Shown: positions 1 through 10,353 of the stretch, piece by piece
Position numbering within the stretch: the first letter of the stretch is position 1
How the letters are laid out: every line of letters starts with the position of its first letter
Source of the DNA: Candidatus Latescibacterota bacterium
GTDB lineage: Bacteria > Latescibacterota > UBA2968 > GCA-2709665
Direction: 5' to 3'
Assembly (NCBI GenBank): GCA_965208835.1
Contig: OZ242358.1
Coordinates: 4,192,001 to 4,256,000, forward strand
Length of the DNA stretch: 64,000 nucleotides
Program-made: the position numbers and the translations under genes
The notes under the pieces: generated by a model
The model's database searches: none
What the model saw: the letters and a program-made list of their open reading frames with translations, nothing else
What the model was told of the DNA's origin: nothing

Positions 1-77
1 GTGATGCCGAGTCCGAACAGAATAAACGCGCCCAGTACCGGGACGAGCGCCAATCTGAGAATGTCCGTTGCCTTCAT
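1..77 (-). CDS. N-terminus of a secreted/membrane protein running off the left window edge (MKATDILRLALVPVLGAFILFGLGI...)
   Basis: ATG at 77 on minus strand preceded by AAGGAGGT RBS; signal-peptide-like sequence; too short for the ORF track. Confidence 0.6.
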   Translation of the reverse strand, partial: MKATDILRLALVPVLGAFILFGLGI

Positions 78-377
78 AACTTCGGACCTCCTTTCGAACT
101 ACGGCCGTATGTTGACCTGTTTACTTGCATGTAAGGATGGATTCCGTCAATCGGCAAGGCGCCTCAGGAATCCCTCGCCGGCCATCCCTGAAGCATCTCA
201 CCGATACTGAATATAAGCCGGGATTAACATAAAACAAAGAGAAAATCGACTGCTTATTATAGTTCGGATTAATTTAACTGAACGAAGATCTGCATTGGCA
301 GCTGACCGGGACAAAGTGACCGGTGGAACAAAAAACGACACACCCGCGGTAGGTCATCAGGAAGTCGCGATTGCCTT

Positions 378-538
378 TCCCGGGAGCGAGGGCATCCCTG
401 CCCTCGACGGCGAATTCGCGAGGCCTATGAGCTATAATTCCAGATGTGGTTGCGGATGGAAGGGAAGCCATAGGCCCTTGATATGGAGATTCGGTCGGTT
501 GCTGGAAGTTCGAGGGCAGGGATGCCCTCGCTCCGGAT
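378..538. repeat. REPIN/BIME-like element: two inverted REP hairpins (GGAG-CGAGGGCA-TCCC-TGCCCTCG) around a ~105 bp spacer
   Basis: REP at 383-406, inverted REP at 511-534; diverged reverse-complement copy including spacer at 60152-60309. Confidence 0.8.
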
Positions 539-765
539 ACTTGCAAATCAGGGACTGATACAGGGCAGGATCGCCCTGGTGCCAGGGATGTCATATCAGT
601 TATCGCGTGGACTCAAGCATACTGCTGATAAGATGCAAGGAGGCAATAGGCCCTCGATGCGGGTATGGTTTTTGTCTGTGCCTGTTCGAGGTCCTGACGT
701 ATCTTTTGCTGCGTCAGAACACGAAGCAGGTCCCAAGTCGTCAAAAGTGGAAGAGGACGGATCTC

Positions 766-2250
766 ATGGAGCGGGTTGACGGGCACGTTCTAAGGGCGCC
801 TCTGTTTCTTGCGATCGTCTTCGCCGCAACGCTGTTCCCGGACGCGACAGGCGCGGCAACAGGAATGTCGTCGGCCGCGCGGCGGGCGCTGGAGGCCGGG
901 CTGGAACTCGCCGGTGCGGGAAGGCTGGAAGACGCGTCTCGCGAAATGGCGCGCGCGGCGGAACTGGCGCCCCGGTCTGCTGAGGTCTGGCACAATTTCG
1001 GCATCCTTCGCGCGCAGATGGGCCGGCTGGAAGCGGCCGCGGAAATGCTGGAACGCGCGGCCCGTCTGGAGCCGGATTACCGGCACACCCACGTGGTGCT
1101 CGGCGCCGTCTACCAGCGTATGGGGCGGCTTCAGGATGCGGGACGCGCATACCGTCGCGCGGCGGACCTTGCTCCGGACCTGCCGGACGCGCACCGGGCC
1201 CTCGGCATTCTCGCGGTTGAGCGAAACGACCTCGCTGAGGCGGCGGCCGCATTCAGGCGAGCTGTGACACTGGCGCCCCGCAGCGCAGAGCTTCAATACC
1301 GGCTGGGCGCGGTCGAATTAAAGCTCGGCAACGGCACGGATGGCGAATCGGCCCTGAAGCGGGCCGTCGTCCTGAAACCCGACCTGCTGCCGGCCTGGCT
1401 GGAACTGGCAGCTCACTACAAACGCCGGCGCGACCTGGGCAAAGCGCTGGAGGCGTACGACCGTGCTGCGGTTCTCGACCCCGCCTCGGCGGCCGCGTGG
1501 CTCGGGGTGGGGGACATTGAAGCCGCCAATGACAACGCTTCCCGTGCCGCCGACGCCTTCCGGAAGGCGGAAAGAGCGGACCCGTCGAAACCCGAGGCTC
1601 CCTTCCTGCTCGGCCGTTCGCTGATGGTTCTGGGTCGGACCGCTGAGGCCGTTCCGGCGTTCAAGCGGGCAATCCGGCTGGCGGGCGACTTCGCAGATGC
1701 GCGATCGGCCCTTGCCGAGGCATACGCCGCTCTCGGGGAGGACAGGAGAGCCGTCGATTCGTACCGTGAGGCCGTCCGGTACGCGCCGTCACACGCGGGC
1801 GCCTGGTTCGGGATGGGTGACGTTCTGCTGAGGATGGGCAGGCTTACCGAAGCGGAAGCGGCATTCCGGCGGGCGATCGCGCTGGACCCGGATCACGCAC
1901 GCGCCCGCTACTGCCTGGGGCGCGCATTCATGCTTCAGGGACGTCACGAGGAAGGGAAACGGGAACTGGCGGAATTCGAGCGGCTGTCCCGGGAAGCGCA
2001 CACGCTGGACGTACTGGAGCGGGCGGCCCTGCGCCATCCCGAAAACCCCGAACTGCACGATCGCCTCGGTCGGGTCTACGCTTCCCGGGGGCGGAACAGG
2101 GATGCCGCCGCCGCGTTCGGCCGGGCCGCCGCACTCTATGAACGGGCGGGACGACTGGATGCGGCGCGGCGGGCGCTGAAGCGCGTCCTGGCGCTGGACC
2201 CGTCGGACGAAGTCGCCCGCGCGGAACTGTCCCGACTCCGAAGGAACTGA
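766..2250 (+). CDS. secreted tetratricopeptide-repeat (TPR) protein
   Basis: ATG 766 after GAGGA; hydrophobic signal segment; about 13 repeats of ~34 aa with TPR pattern (A..A..L.P....A...LG). Confidence 0.9.
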   Translation: MERVDGHVLRAPLFLAIVFAATLFPDATGAATGMSSAARRALEAGLELAGAGRLEDASREMARAAELAPRSAEVWHNFGILRAQMGRLEAAAEMLERAARLEPDYRHTHVVLGAVYQRMGRLQDAGRAYRRAADLAPDLPDAHRALGILAVERNDLAEAAAAFRRAVTLAPRSAELQYRLGAVELKLGNGTDGESALKRAVVLKPDLLPAWLELAAHYKRRRDLGKALEAYDRAAVLDPASAAAWLGVGDIEAANDNASRAADAFRKAERADPSKPEAPFLLGRSLMVLGRTAEAVPAFKRAIRLAGDFADARSALAEAYAALGEDRRAVDSYREAVRYAPSHAGAWFGMGDVLLRMGRLTEAEAAFRRAIALDPDHARARYCLGRAFMLQGRHEEGKRELAEFERLSREAHTLDVLERAALRHPENPELHDRLGRVYASRGRNRDAAAAFGRAAALYERAGRLDAARRALKRVLALDPSDEVARAELSRLRRN

Positions 2251-2302
2251 CCGATGCGGCGGTCGCGTCAGGCGTCCGATCCCGGAATCCGCTGCAGGCT
2301 TC

Positions 2303-3577
2303 TTAAGTGCACGGTGTCAATCGTCCGTAGAACACTTCGTTGCTGTTCTGCTCGATAGGCCCCGTCCAGTAGCAGTCTATAAAGGGCGCATGGGTTCCGC
2401 CGGCACGCATTGTGTTGGTAAAAAAGTGCCACAGCCGGGATGGCATTTCCAGCTGAACCGGTTCGCTGATCCGGTCCCACCGACCGTCTTCGCCCGTTGC
2501 GTACCAGACCCCCTCCGCGTTGCCTCTGCCCCCTCGCGTCAGGAAGTAGTGGAACCGGCCGTCCGGCGCCTGGTAGATCCGCCCTCCGTTGAAGTTGCCC
2601 ATACAGAAGTGTTCGAACGGCCCGCCCGGTTCGCCGACCGCGTGGTAGAGCCGGCTGTTTCCCGGGTCCTGCCCCCGCCCTGCCCAGACCGTGGTGGCCG
2701 GCTGCCGGTTTTCGTAGTACGTCAGGTGTACACGCCCCGGCATATCCATCATCAGGTCCTGATGATCGGTCGTGCCCCTGGCGCGCCCGTCGAACGTATC
2801 GGACACGTCGCTGATAACCGTCATCCGCCAGTCTTCGGGGGCCTCGAACACGTCCGGGCAGTAGTAATAATAGGCCTTCAGGACAGGGTAGATGCCGTGG
2901 GGCGTTTCAATCATCCTGACCTCGCCGGTCTCCCGGTCCCTCAGCTTCACGGTCTGGTTGGGATACTGGTCGCCCGCCAGAAAGTAGTCGTCGCTGGAAA
3001 TCGAATGCGCCTCCGAGCCGTTCAGCATCACGAAGTTGTAACCGCGGTTCTGCTCGTGTGTCACGCTGCCCGACGCCGCCGGACGATAGCCTGTTTCCGG
3101 GTCCAGCACGTACCAGGCCATGGTTGGAAGCCCGCCGGCGACGAAGATCCGGCCTGCGGCGTCGATCGACGCGCCGAAGCGGCTTTCGGCGGTGGCGTAT
3201 TCCTGAATTGTAAACCTGGCGACCTGGCCGGGCGGGTCGAAGATGGCGTGGTAGCTGGCGTTCTCGCCCGCGATCACGTGCAGCCGACCGGTGCCGTCCA
3301 CAAGCAGGTTGCCGTTCTGCGGCACCGGCGGCAGGGGATCGCTTGCCTCCCATCGCCCGTCGTCGACGCGCATGAACACCACAAGCGTCATGTCGTCCCG
3401 CCAGCTCAGCGCATAGACGTCCTCGCCCGCGCGGACGATGTTGGACTGGTTGTACCCCCAGCAGCTCGCGCCGCTGCCTCCGGTCTGCAGGTGGCCCGCG
3501 GTGTCCGTAATCATCTCCACTTCGAAACACGGCGACGCCGGCTGCGCATACGTCACGTGGACCCGTTCCGGACTCAT
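2303..3577 (-). CDS. hypothetical protein, possibly beta-propeller fold
   Basis: ATG at 3577 overlaps stop of upstream ABC ATPase (ATGA); repeated D..GR.H strand motifs; function not recognised. Confidence 0.7.
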   Translation of the reverse strand: MSPERVHVTYAQPASPCFEVEMITDTAGHLQTGGSGASCWGYNQSNIVRAGEDVYALSWRDDMTLVVFMRVDDGRWEASDPLPPVPQNGNLLVDGTGRLHVIAGENASYHAIFDPPGQVARFTIQEYATAESRFGASIDAAGRIFVAGGLPTMAWYVLDPETGYRPAASGSVTHEQNRGYNFVMLNGSEAHSISSDDYFLAGDQYPNQTVKLRDRETGEVRMIETPHGIYPVLKAYYYYCPDVFEAPEDWRMTVISDVSDTFDGRARGTTDHQDLMMDMPGRVHLTYYENRQPATTVWAGRGQDPGNSRLYHAVGEPGGPFEHFCMGNFNGGRIYQAPDGRFHYFLTRGGRGNAEGVWYATGEDGRWDRISEPVQLEMPSRLWHFFTNTMRAGGTHAPFIDCYWTGPIEQNSNEVFYGRLTPCT

Positions 3578-4533
3578 TCGTTTCCTCCTTCCGTGAGAAA
3601 GCACGCGGCCTGATGTCCCGGCTCGACCTGCATCAGTTGCGGCGTCTCCTGACTGCACCGGTCCATGCGATAAGGGCACCTCGGATGAAAAGCACAGCCC
3701 GTCGGGGGATCGATCGGGCTCGGTACCTCCCCCTCCAGGATGATCCGCTCCGACTGGACATCCGGGTCGAGACGCGGAGCCGACGACAGCAGAATCCGCG
3801 TATACGGATGGTGTGCCCCGCCATACAGCGCTTCCGTCGGCCCGATCTCCACGAGCTTTCCGAGGTACATGACTCCCACGACGTCCGAGAGATGCTCGAC
3901 GACTTTCAGATCGTGAGAAATGAACAGGTACGCCAGACCGAAGCGTTCCTGAAGGGATTCCAGAAGGTTCAGAATCTGCGCCTGGATGGAAAGATCCAGC
4001 GAGGAGACGGGCTCGTCGCAGATCACGAACTGGGGTTGCAATGCCAGCGCGCGGGCGATGGCGACGCGCTGCTGCTGCCCGCCGGAGAACTCGTGCGGAA
4101 ACGCGTCCGCGAACCGCCTCCCCACGCCGACGAGGTCCAGCAACCGTCCGACCGATTGCTCCCGTTCCTGCTTTGTGCCCACCCTGTGGATCTTCAGGGC
4201 GTCCCCCACAATGTCGCCCACGCTCATCATCGGGTTCAGAGACGCCAGAGGGTCCTGAAACACAATCTGCATTTCCCTCCGAAGCGCGCGCAGTTCGCGG
4301 CCGGATAGCGCGCTCACGTCCCGCCCCTCGAAATACACGCTTCCCGCGGTGGGCTCGTGCAGTCTCAGGACCGCGCGGGCGAGGGTCGACTTGCCGCAGC
4401 CGCTTTCTCCGACCAGTCCGAAGGTCTGGTTCCGGTGGATCTGAAACGTCACCCCGTCCACGGCCTTCACCACGTCCCGGCCCTGGTGGAAATGCATCTT
4501 CAGGTCCACAACCCGCAACATCGGTTCCGACAT
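3574..4533 (-). CDS. oppF: oligopeptide/dipeptide ABC transporter ATP-binding subunit (OppF/AppF-like)
   Basis: GESGCGKS Walker A, FSGGQQQR signature, ICDEP Walker B, HPYT and GCAFHPRC C-terminal motifs. Confidence 0.93.
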   Translation of the reverse strand: MSEPMLRVVDLKMHFHQGRDVVKAVDGVTFQIHRNQTFGLVGESGCGKSTLARAVLRLHEPTAGSVYFEGRDVSALSGRELRALRREMQIVFQDPLASLNPMMSVGDIVGDALKIHRVGTKQEREQSVGRLLDLVGVGRRFADAFPHEFSGGQQQRVAIARALALQPQFVICDEPVSSLDLSIQAQILNLLESLQERFGLAYLFISHDLKVVEHLSDVVGVMYLGKLVEIGPTEALYGGAHHPYTRILLSSAPRLDPDVQSERIILEGEVPSPIDPPTGCAFHPRCPYRMDRCSQETPQLMQVEPGHQAACFLTEGGNE

Positions 4534-4577
4534 AGCGTCGTCCGTTAACCTCGATTCAAAATGAGACAACAGTCAAA

Positions 4578-4810
4578 TTGGCCACAAAGAGCCTGAATGC
4601 GGGTAGACGCAGACCAAAAGCGGTGAGACGTAAGCCGGGAGAGGTTAGAGATGTCCTGCCTCGTGAGGATTCTTTTCGTGCCGAAGGCAGCGAGGAATTA
4701 AATATCGGGCGAGGATACCATCTACCGTCTACCCTCTCACCTCTACCCGCCTTTCTTCTACCGTCTTACGTCTCCCGCCTACCCGGTTTTCTCCCCGTCT
4801 ACCGGCTCCC
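4578..4810 (+). repeat. heptamer-armed intergenic repeat, copy A (core opposite in orientation to the other copies)
   Basis: GAGACGT/AGACGGT-type arms in inverted arrangement around core CCTGCCTCGTGAGGATTCTTTTCGTGCCGAAGGCA...GGGCGAGGAT. Confidence 0.8.
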
Positions 4811-5058
4811 CTCTTACCAGGTTGCGGGCCGGGGTGTGGAGATCGGGAATAGGGTTTGAAACCCGAATAAACGCGACGTATATTGGAACGGCAACTTCAT
4901 GCGTTTCAATTTGTTCCCGGCATCCCCGGCACGACGCCGAAAAGTAGGTCCGGGTACCCTCGGATGCAAGCACAATCATGGCCTCCTAACGCTGCTGACG
5001 CCCCGGGGAACGACGTGACTGGGTTCACACAACGAACCGACACTGAAAGGATCGTCTC

Positions 5059-7386
5059 ATGGCCGTAGATATCACGCTGGCGAACGAAATCCGGGTGCCG
5101 CGCCGCGGAGAGTGGCTGTGCAGGGGACTCCCGTTCCCGGAGGGATCTCTGACGGATTCCGCGAGGCTGACCCTGAAGGACGAGACGGGCCAGGTCCTGC
5201 CTCTCGCATCGGAAGTGTTGGCACGATGGCCTGACGGGTCCCTGAAGTGGGTGCTGCTTCAGTTTCCGGTACACTTTGACCGCAATGGACGGAAGCACTA
5301 TGCGCTGACGTGGGCGGAGGACTCCCGGGAACCCGATACGGGACCCGGGATTTCGGTTTCGGAGACAGAGGCGGGAATCGAGGTCGACAACGGCGTTCTG
5401 CGATTTGTACTTCCTGCTTCCGGAAAGGCGTTCCTGGTCGGGTGCAGCAGGAAAGACCGGGCGTGTATCCGAACGGTCAGCGCACAGATCGAAGACGAAT
5501 CCGGCGTCGTATACTCGAGCCGGCTCGAGGGAGAACCCCGTATTGAGAGGTCCACCGGCAAGATGCTGGTTGTGAGCAGGAAGGGCACGCACCGTGACGA
5601 GGCCGGTCGAAAGCTGTTTTCGCTCGTCTTCCGGGTAACGGTATTCGCGGGCGCCGAGGACCTGGAGGTGGAGTACCAGTTCATCCACGATGAGCCCTAC
5701 CGGGACGTTCCGGAACGCCTGAAACTGGCCCAGGGTATCGGTACCCCGAGCGTGGACCTGGAAAGTCCGCGTCTGCGGCAGCTGCGGGCGGTGCGGCTTG
5801 TCGTGGAACACGCCATCGGCGGCGCCGACGAATTCACAACCTGTCCCATCGCCACGGTCGGGAACCAGGGACTGATCACGTCGGCCCGACCGATTCGGGG
5901 TTTGTTGACCGAGGCCCCGCGTACGGCCATGTACGACGCCATGATCGACGCCGACGTGAACGACGGCGAAACGCAGGTTGGCCGGTCGCACGGGTGGGTT
6001 TCCGCAGGGGACGGCGAGGGCGGGGTCGCGGCCTCGGTCCGGAAGTTCGTCCAGCAGTGGCCCAAGGGGTTTTCCGCGGACGCCAACAAGATTGTTCTGG
6101 ATCTCTGGCCCGAAGCCGCGGGGCCGCTCGCGATCTTCCAGGGGCAGGCCAAGTCGCATCAGGTCAAGCTGCGCGCCTACACGGGCGACGCCGCCCAGGC
6201 GCGACTGGCGGACTGGCACTTCGCGTATCAGTTTCCCGTGGTCTTTTCTTCTCCGGACTGGTTTATCGACTCCGGCGCGGTCGGGCCCGTTTTCCGCTAT
6301 CAGCCTGGGAAATACAAGGGCATCGAACAGAAGTTCCGCCTGGAATTCGAGCAATTCCTGGGATACGACCGGCGCCTGGGGATGATGGACTACGGCGACT
6401 ACGAGCAGTTGATGAGTGCTTCGTGGGGACGCCTGGATTTCATGGCCAATTGTGAACACGACTTCGGCCAGACCGTGTACCTCCAGCTTGTACGCACCGG
6501 CAATTACCTCTATCTCGACGCCTTCGAATCCGCGATCCGGCACGTGATGGATCTGGACATCATACACTTCGACGATCACTTCGACGAGCAGGGCGGATGG
6601 ACCGCACATGGCGCTTTTCACGTCGGGGCGGACGGGAAGCCGAACTGCCACCTCTCGCACATGTGGGCGGAGGGATTTCTGTCTTACTACTATTATTCCG
6701 GGTATACTCCGGCGCTGGAGTCCGCGCGCGGCGTGGCGGATCTGATCTGCAGGAAGGTGGCGGGGGGCGGCGGGCGGCGCGGCGCGAGGGACCGGGGGTG
6801 GCCGTTGATCGCGCTGTGCAGCGTGTACCGGGCAACCGGGGAAGAGCGGTACGCGGAGGTTGCGGAGACGATTGCGGCTTCTTTTACTGAGGGACCGGAC
6901 CCGCTGGAACCCAACGGCGGCTGCAGCGGCGGCTGGGGCCCCATCCCCTACCAGCAGGCGGTGATGGGCAGCATCGCCGCCACCGGGCTGGCGTACCACT
7001 TCCAGACCTTCGGAAATCCCGTCAGCAGGGAATCGTTCCTGAGGTTGTGCGACTTTCTGGCAAGCGAGGACGTTCGCACGCCTGAAGGGCTCTATCTGTC
7101 CATGCCCGGAAACGAGACGCCGATGAGCTACATCGGTTTTTCCGCCCTCCGGGAGAGTATCGGCTACGCATGGGAAATCACCGGCGACGAAAAGTACGTG
7201 CACGCCGGCCTGCGGGACATCGAAATGAACATGATTTCGACCTTCACGTCCGTAGGGCATCTCGAGAAGACGAGATTCGGGTGCGAGGTCGTCCGCGCGA
7301 CTGGCGACTCCATCAGCGTCATCTGGCGCGATCTGCTTCGATTTTTCGATTACGCGGACCGCGCCGGGCTGCTGCGGGATTTTTAG
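5059..7386 (+). CDS. exo-rhamnogalacturonan lyase-like protein (PcRGLX/YetA-like; N-terminal RIFT barrel, C-terminal alpha/alpha toroid)
   Basis: GLPFPEG and WPDGSLKW N-terminal motifs; NCEHD, SHMWAEG..YYY.SG, RDRGW C-terminal motifs; AAGGA RBS. Confidence 0.7.
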   Translation: MAVDITLANEIRVPRRGEWLCRGLPFPEGSLTDSARLTLKDETGQVLPLASEVLARWPDGSLKWVLLQFPVHFDRNGRKHYALTWAEDSREPDTGPGISVSETEAGIEVDNGVLRFVLPASGKAFLVGCSRKDRACIRTVSAQIEDESGVVYSSRLEGEPRIERSTGKMLVVSRKGTHRDEAGRKLFSLVFRVTVFAGAEDLEVEYQFIHDEPYRDVPERLKLAQGIGTPSVDLESPRLRQLRAVRLVVEHAIGGADEFTTCPIATVGNQGLITSARPIRGLLTEAPRTAMYDAMIDADVNDGETQVGRSHGWVSAGDGEGGVAASVRKFVQQWPKGFSADANKIVLDLWPEAAGPLAIFQGQAKSHQVKLRAYTGDAAQARLADWHFAYQFPVVFSSPDWFIDSGAVGPVFRYQPGKYKGIEQKFRLEFEQFLGYDRRLGMMDYGDYEQLMSASWGRLDFMANCEHDFGQTVYLQLVRTGNYLYLDAFESAIRHVMDLDIIHFDDHFDEQGGWTAHGAFHVGADGKPNCHLSHMWAEGFLSYYYYSGYTPALESARGVADLICRKVAGGGGRRGARDRGWPLIALCSVYRATGEERYAEVAETIAASFTEGPDPLEPNGGCSGGWGPIPYQQAVMGSIAATGLAYHFQTFGNPVSRESFLRLCDFLASEDVRTPEGLYLSMPGNETPMSYIGFSALRESIGYAWEITGDEKYVHAGLRDIEMNMISTFTSVGHLEKTRFGCEVVRATGDSISVIWRDLLRFFDYADRAGLLRDF

Positions 7387-7403
7387 CTGCGGGAGATCCG
7401 ACC

Positions 7404-8360
7404 TTACCCTTCGTGGTGCCAGCAGTAGACGGCGTGGTCGTCCGATATCCGGGTCATTCCCGGGTGCTCCTCACGGCACACGTCCGTCGCGTGCGGGCAG
7501 CGCGGATGGAAGCGGCAACCGGAAGGCGGTCGGGTCATGTCAGGCGGTTGCCCGGGGATGGTGTCCAGACGCCCCCGGACCATCTTCGCGTTTTCCAGCA
7601 GCCCGATGGAGTACGGGTGCCTTGGGGAATTCAGGAATTCACGGGTGGGCGCGATCTCGGCAACCCTGCCGGCGTACATCACGACGATTCTGTCGCTGAA
7701 CTCCACGGCCAGACCGAAATCGTGCGTAATCAGCACGGTGGACATGCCGTACGACGCCTTCATCCTGTTCAACAGATCCATGATTTGAGCCTGCGTGGTG
7801 ACGTCCAGCGCCGTGGTGGGTTCGTCGGCAATCATCAGCTTCGGCTCGCAGCTCAACGCCATTGCGATCATCACGCGCTGCTTCATCCCACCCGACAGTT
7901 CGAACGGGTAGTTCCGGTAACGCGACGCCGGCGCGGGAATGCCCACCTCATCCAGCAGCGACACCGCGCGCTCGAAGGATCGCTTCCGGTCGGCGCGACC
8001 GTGCCACAATAAGGGTTCCGCGATCTGCGGGCCGCTGCGCATCGTCGGGTTCAGGGAAGTCTGGGGGTTCTGAAAGATGAACCCGATGTCGCTGCCGCGG
8101 ATTTCCTGAAGCGCCCTTTCATCCAGTTCGAGCAGATTTCGTCCCCCGAAGTCCACCTCGCCGGCTTCGATCTTTCCGCTTCCGCCAATCAGTCTCACAA
8201 CGGACAGCATGCTCACGCTCTTGCCGCTGCCGCTTTCCCCGACGATCCCCACGCTCTCCCTTTCCCCAACCTCGTACGAAATCCCGTCCACCGCTCTCAC
8301 CACGCCGTCGCGGCGGTAGAAGTACGTCTTCAGATTACGGATCTCGAGTAGAGCGGACAC
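7404..8360 (-). CDS. oppD: oligopeptide ABC transporter ATP-binding subunit (OppD-like)
   Basis: GESGSGKS, LSGGMKQR, IADEPTTALD, GCRFHPRC; GTG start at 8360 inferred. Confidence 0.93.
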   Translation of the reverse strand: MSALLEIRNLKTYFYRRDGVVRAVDGISYEVGERESVGIVGESGSGKSVSMLSVVRLIGGSGKIEAGEVDFGGRNLLELDERALQEIRGSDIGFIFQNPQTSLNPTMRSGPQIAEPLLWHGRADRKRSFERAVSLLDEVGIPAPASRYRNYPFELSGGMKQRVMIAMALSCEPKLMIADEPTTALDVTTQAQIMDLLNRMKASYGMSTVLITHDFGLAVEFSDRIVVMYAGRVAEIAPTREFLNSPRHPYSIGLLENAKMVRGRLDTIPGQPPDMTRPPSGCRFHPRCPHATDVCREEHPGMTRISDDHAVYCWHHEG

Positions 8361-8387
8361 GAACCTGCCTCGCACAGAGGGAAGGAC

Positions 8388-9287
8388 TTACTCTTTGGGA
8401 TTGAACGCGTCGTTCAGCCCGTCGCCCAGATACGTAAATGACAGCAGCGCGAGCGCGAACGTGGCGGCCGGCCACGTGAGCTGATAGGGAAAGGCCCTGA
8501 AATTCAGGCTCCCCACCTGGATCAGTACCCCCCAGCTCGGCCGGGGAGGCATCACCCCCAGGCCGAGCAGGCTCAGCGCCGACTCCGTCATCATCAGGCC
8601 GGGGACCATGAAGGCGATCGCGACGATCAGCGGGCCGAATGAGTTCGGGAGCACGTAACGCCGGATCGCGTATCGGTGGGTTGCCCCGAGCGCCCGCGCC
8701 GACTCCACGTATTCGAGGTTCTTGATGGACAGGACCTGGGCGCGCATCAGCCGGGCGAACCCCACCCAGCCGGTGGCCGCGATGGCAATGAAAATAGTCA
8801 CGATGCCCCGGCCCAGGACGGACACCAGGATAATGCTGAACAGGAATCCGGGGAACGCGTACATCACATCGGTAAACCGCATCAGCACGTTGTCCACGAC
8901 ACCGCCCGCGTAGCCCGCGACCGCGCCGATGAGGCCGCCGATCGCCACCGAAATCACCGTGGCCCCGAATGCGACCGCCAGGGCGGTCTGAAGGCTGAAG
9001 ATCAGGCGGCTGAAAATGTCCCGCCCCACCTCGTCCGTCCCCGCGATGTGCCGCCAGGACGGCGGCTGGTACGCGTTGTCCAGGTCGATCTGGTTATACC
9101 CGTACGGCGCGATGGTGTCCGCCAGGGCTGCTGCCAGAACCATCGCGATCACAAACCCCAGGCTCAGCACCGCCAGACGGTTCGAGGCGAATCGCTGCCA
9201 GACGGCGCCCCAGTACGAAATCCGCGGCGGAGGCGACGACTCATCCGCATCGGACTGCAAACGCCCAGAGGGATTCAATGCAGCCAC
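8388..9287 (-). CDS. oppC: oligopeptide ABC transporter permease (OppC-like)
   Basis: GTDEVGRD, EYVESARALGA (EAA loop), LGDGLNDAFNP. Confidence 0.93.
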   Translation of the reverse strand: MAALNPSGRLQSDADESSPPPRISYWGAVWQRFASNRLAVLSLGFVIAMVLAAALADTIAPYGYNQIDLDNAYQPPSWRHIAGTDEVGRDIFSRLIFSLQTALAVAFGATVISVAIGGLIGAVAGYAGGVVDNVLMRFTDVMYAFPGFLFSIILVSVLGRGIVTIFIAIAATGWVGFARLMRAQVLSIKNLEYVESARALGATHRYAIRRYVLPNSFGPLIVAIAFMVPGLMMTESALSLLGLGVMPPRPSWGVLIQVGSLNFRAFPYQLTWPAATFALALLSFTYLGDGLNDAFNPKE

Positions 9288-9309
9288 GGGTTATCTCCTT
9301 ATTAGAAGG

Positions 9310-10287
9310 TCATCCTCTGTCTTGCCTATAACTCGCCCGGATGCGCGGATCGATCAGCGCGTACCCGATATCCACCAGGAGGTTCATCAGCATGATCAGG
9401 AATCCGAAGAACAGGGTGGACGTGATGATCATGGGATAGTCGCGGGTTCCGGCGGCGGCCACGAACAGCTTGCCCAGGCCGGGGATATTGAAGATTTCCT
9501 CGATAAACGCCGTGCTCACCATGAGATTGGCGAACTGCGGTCCGGTGATGGTCAGCAGGGGGATCAGCGAATTCCGCAACGCATGGCGAAAAACCGCCTT
9601 GTTCCGGTTTCCCCCTTTCGAGAAGACCGTTCGCACGTAGTCTTCGCCCAGTTCTTTGATCAGGCTCACCCGGACGTACCTGGCGATGCCGGCAACGGGC
9701 TGGAAGACCATCGCCATGACCGGTAGCACCGCGTACTCCCACGTCCCCCAACCGGACGTGGGGAACAGCTGAAGCGACACGGCGAAGAAGACGATCACCA
9801 CCAGGGCGATGACGTACGACGGGATGCAGATGCCCAGCATGGAAACGAACATGGTCGCGCGGTCAATCCACGTATTCCGGTACAGTGCCGCCCCGATCCC
9901 CATGGGAATGCCGACCAGGAGGGCAAGGAGCATCGGCGAGAAGGCCAGGACGAACGTCCGCGGAAAGGCCCTGGTCATCATCTCCTGGATGGTCGTGTCC
10001 GGGTAGCGGAACGAGGGTCCGAAGTCCAGAACGGCCGCGTGCCTCAGATAGATCAGGATCTGCTCCCAGACGGGCGTATTCTCGCCGTAGCGTTCCTCCC
10101 AGAGCATGAGCGTCTGGCTCTTCTCCTCGAACTGGCTCAGCCGGCTGCCCGTTATCTGCTGGTTCATCAGCCGTTCGATATTGAAGAAGTCGCCCGGCGC
10201 GGCGTGCATCAGGTAGAACGTGATGATCAGAATCGCGATCAGGCTCACGAAGATCTGACCGACCCGGCGGAAGAAGAACATCACCAT
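9310..10287 (-). CDS. oppB: oligopeptide ABC transporter permease (OppB-like)
   Basis: DFGPS, DYVRT..SKG, RHALRNSLIP, RDYP, DPRIR. Confidence 0.93.
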   Translation of the reverse strand: MVMFFFRRVGQIFVSLIAILIITFYLMHAAPGDFFNIERLMNQQITGSRLSQFEEKSQTLMLWEERYGENTPVWEQILIYLRHAAVLDFGPSFRYPDTTIQEMMTRAFPRTFVLAFSPMLLALLVGIPMGIGAALYRNTWIDRATMFVSMLGICIPSYVIALVVIVFFAVSLQLFPTSGWGTWEYAVLPVMAMVFQPVAGIARYVRVSLIKELGEDYVRTVFSKGGNRNKAVFRHALRNSLIPLLTITGPQFANLMVSTAFIEEIFNIPGLGKLFVAAAGTRDYPMIITSTLFFGFLIMLMNLLVDIGYALIDPRIRASYRQDRG

Positions 10288-10353
10288 AACGTCTCTCCAG
10301 TTCGGGATCGCGCCGTTACGCACCGATGACGTCTGTGCCTATTGTGGCTAATT

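Noticed and set aside
4779-4979. 66-aa minus ORF with CxxC and nearby AGGAGG
   Set aside because: RBS is only 2 nt from the ATG, the 3' end runs into repeat DNA and no family is recognised; unsupported but not excluded.
4906-7260. 784-aa minus-strand ORF and other long antisense ORFs (2390-3613, 14448-15557, 37939-39054, 46621-47850)
   Set aside because: Shadow frames of recognisable genes in GC-rich DNA, with no motifs of their own.
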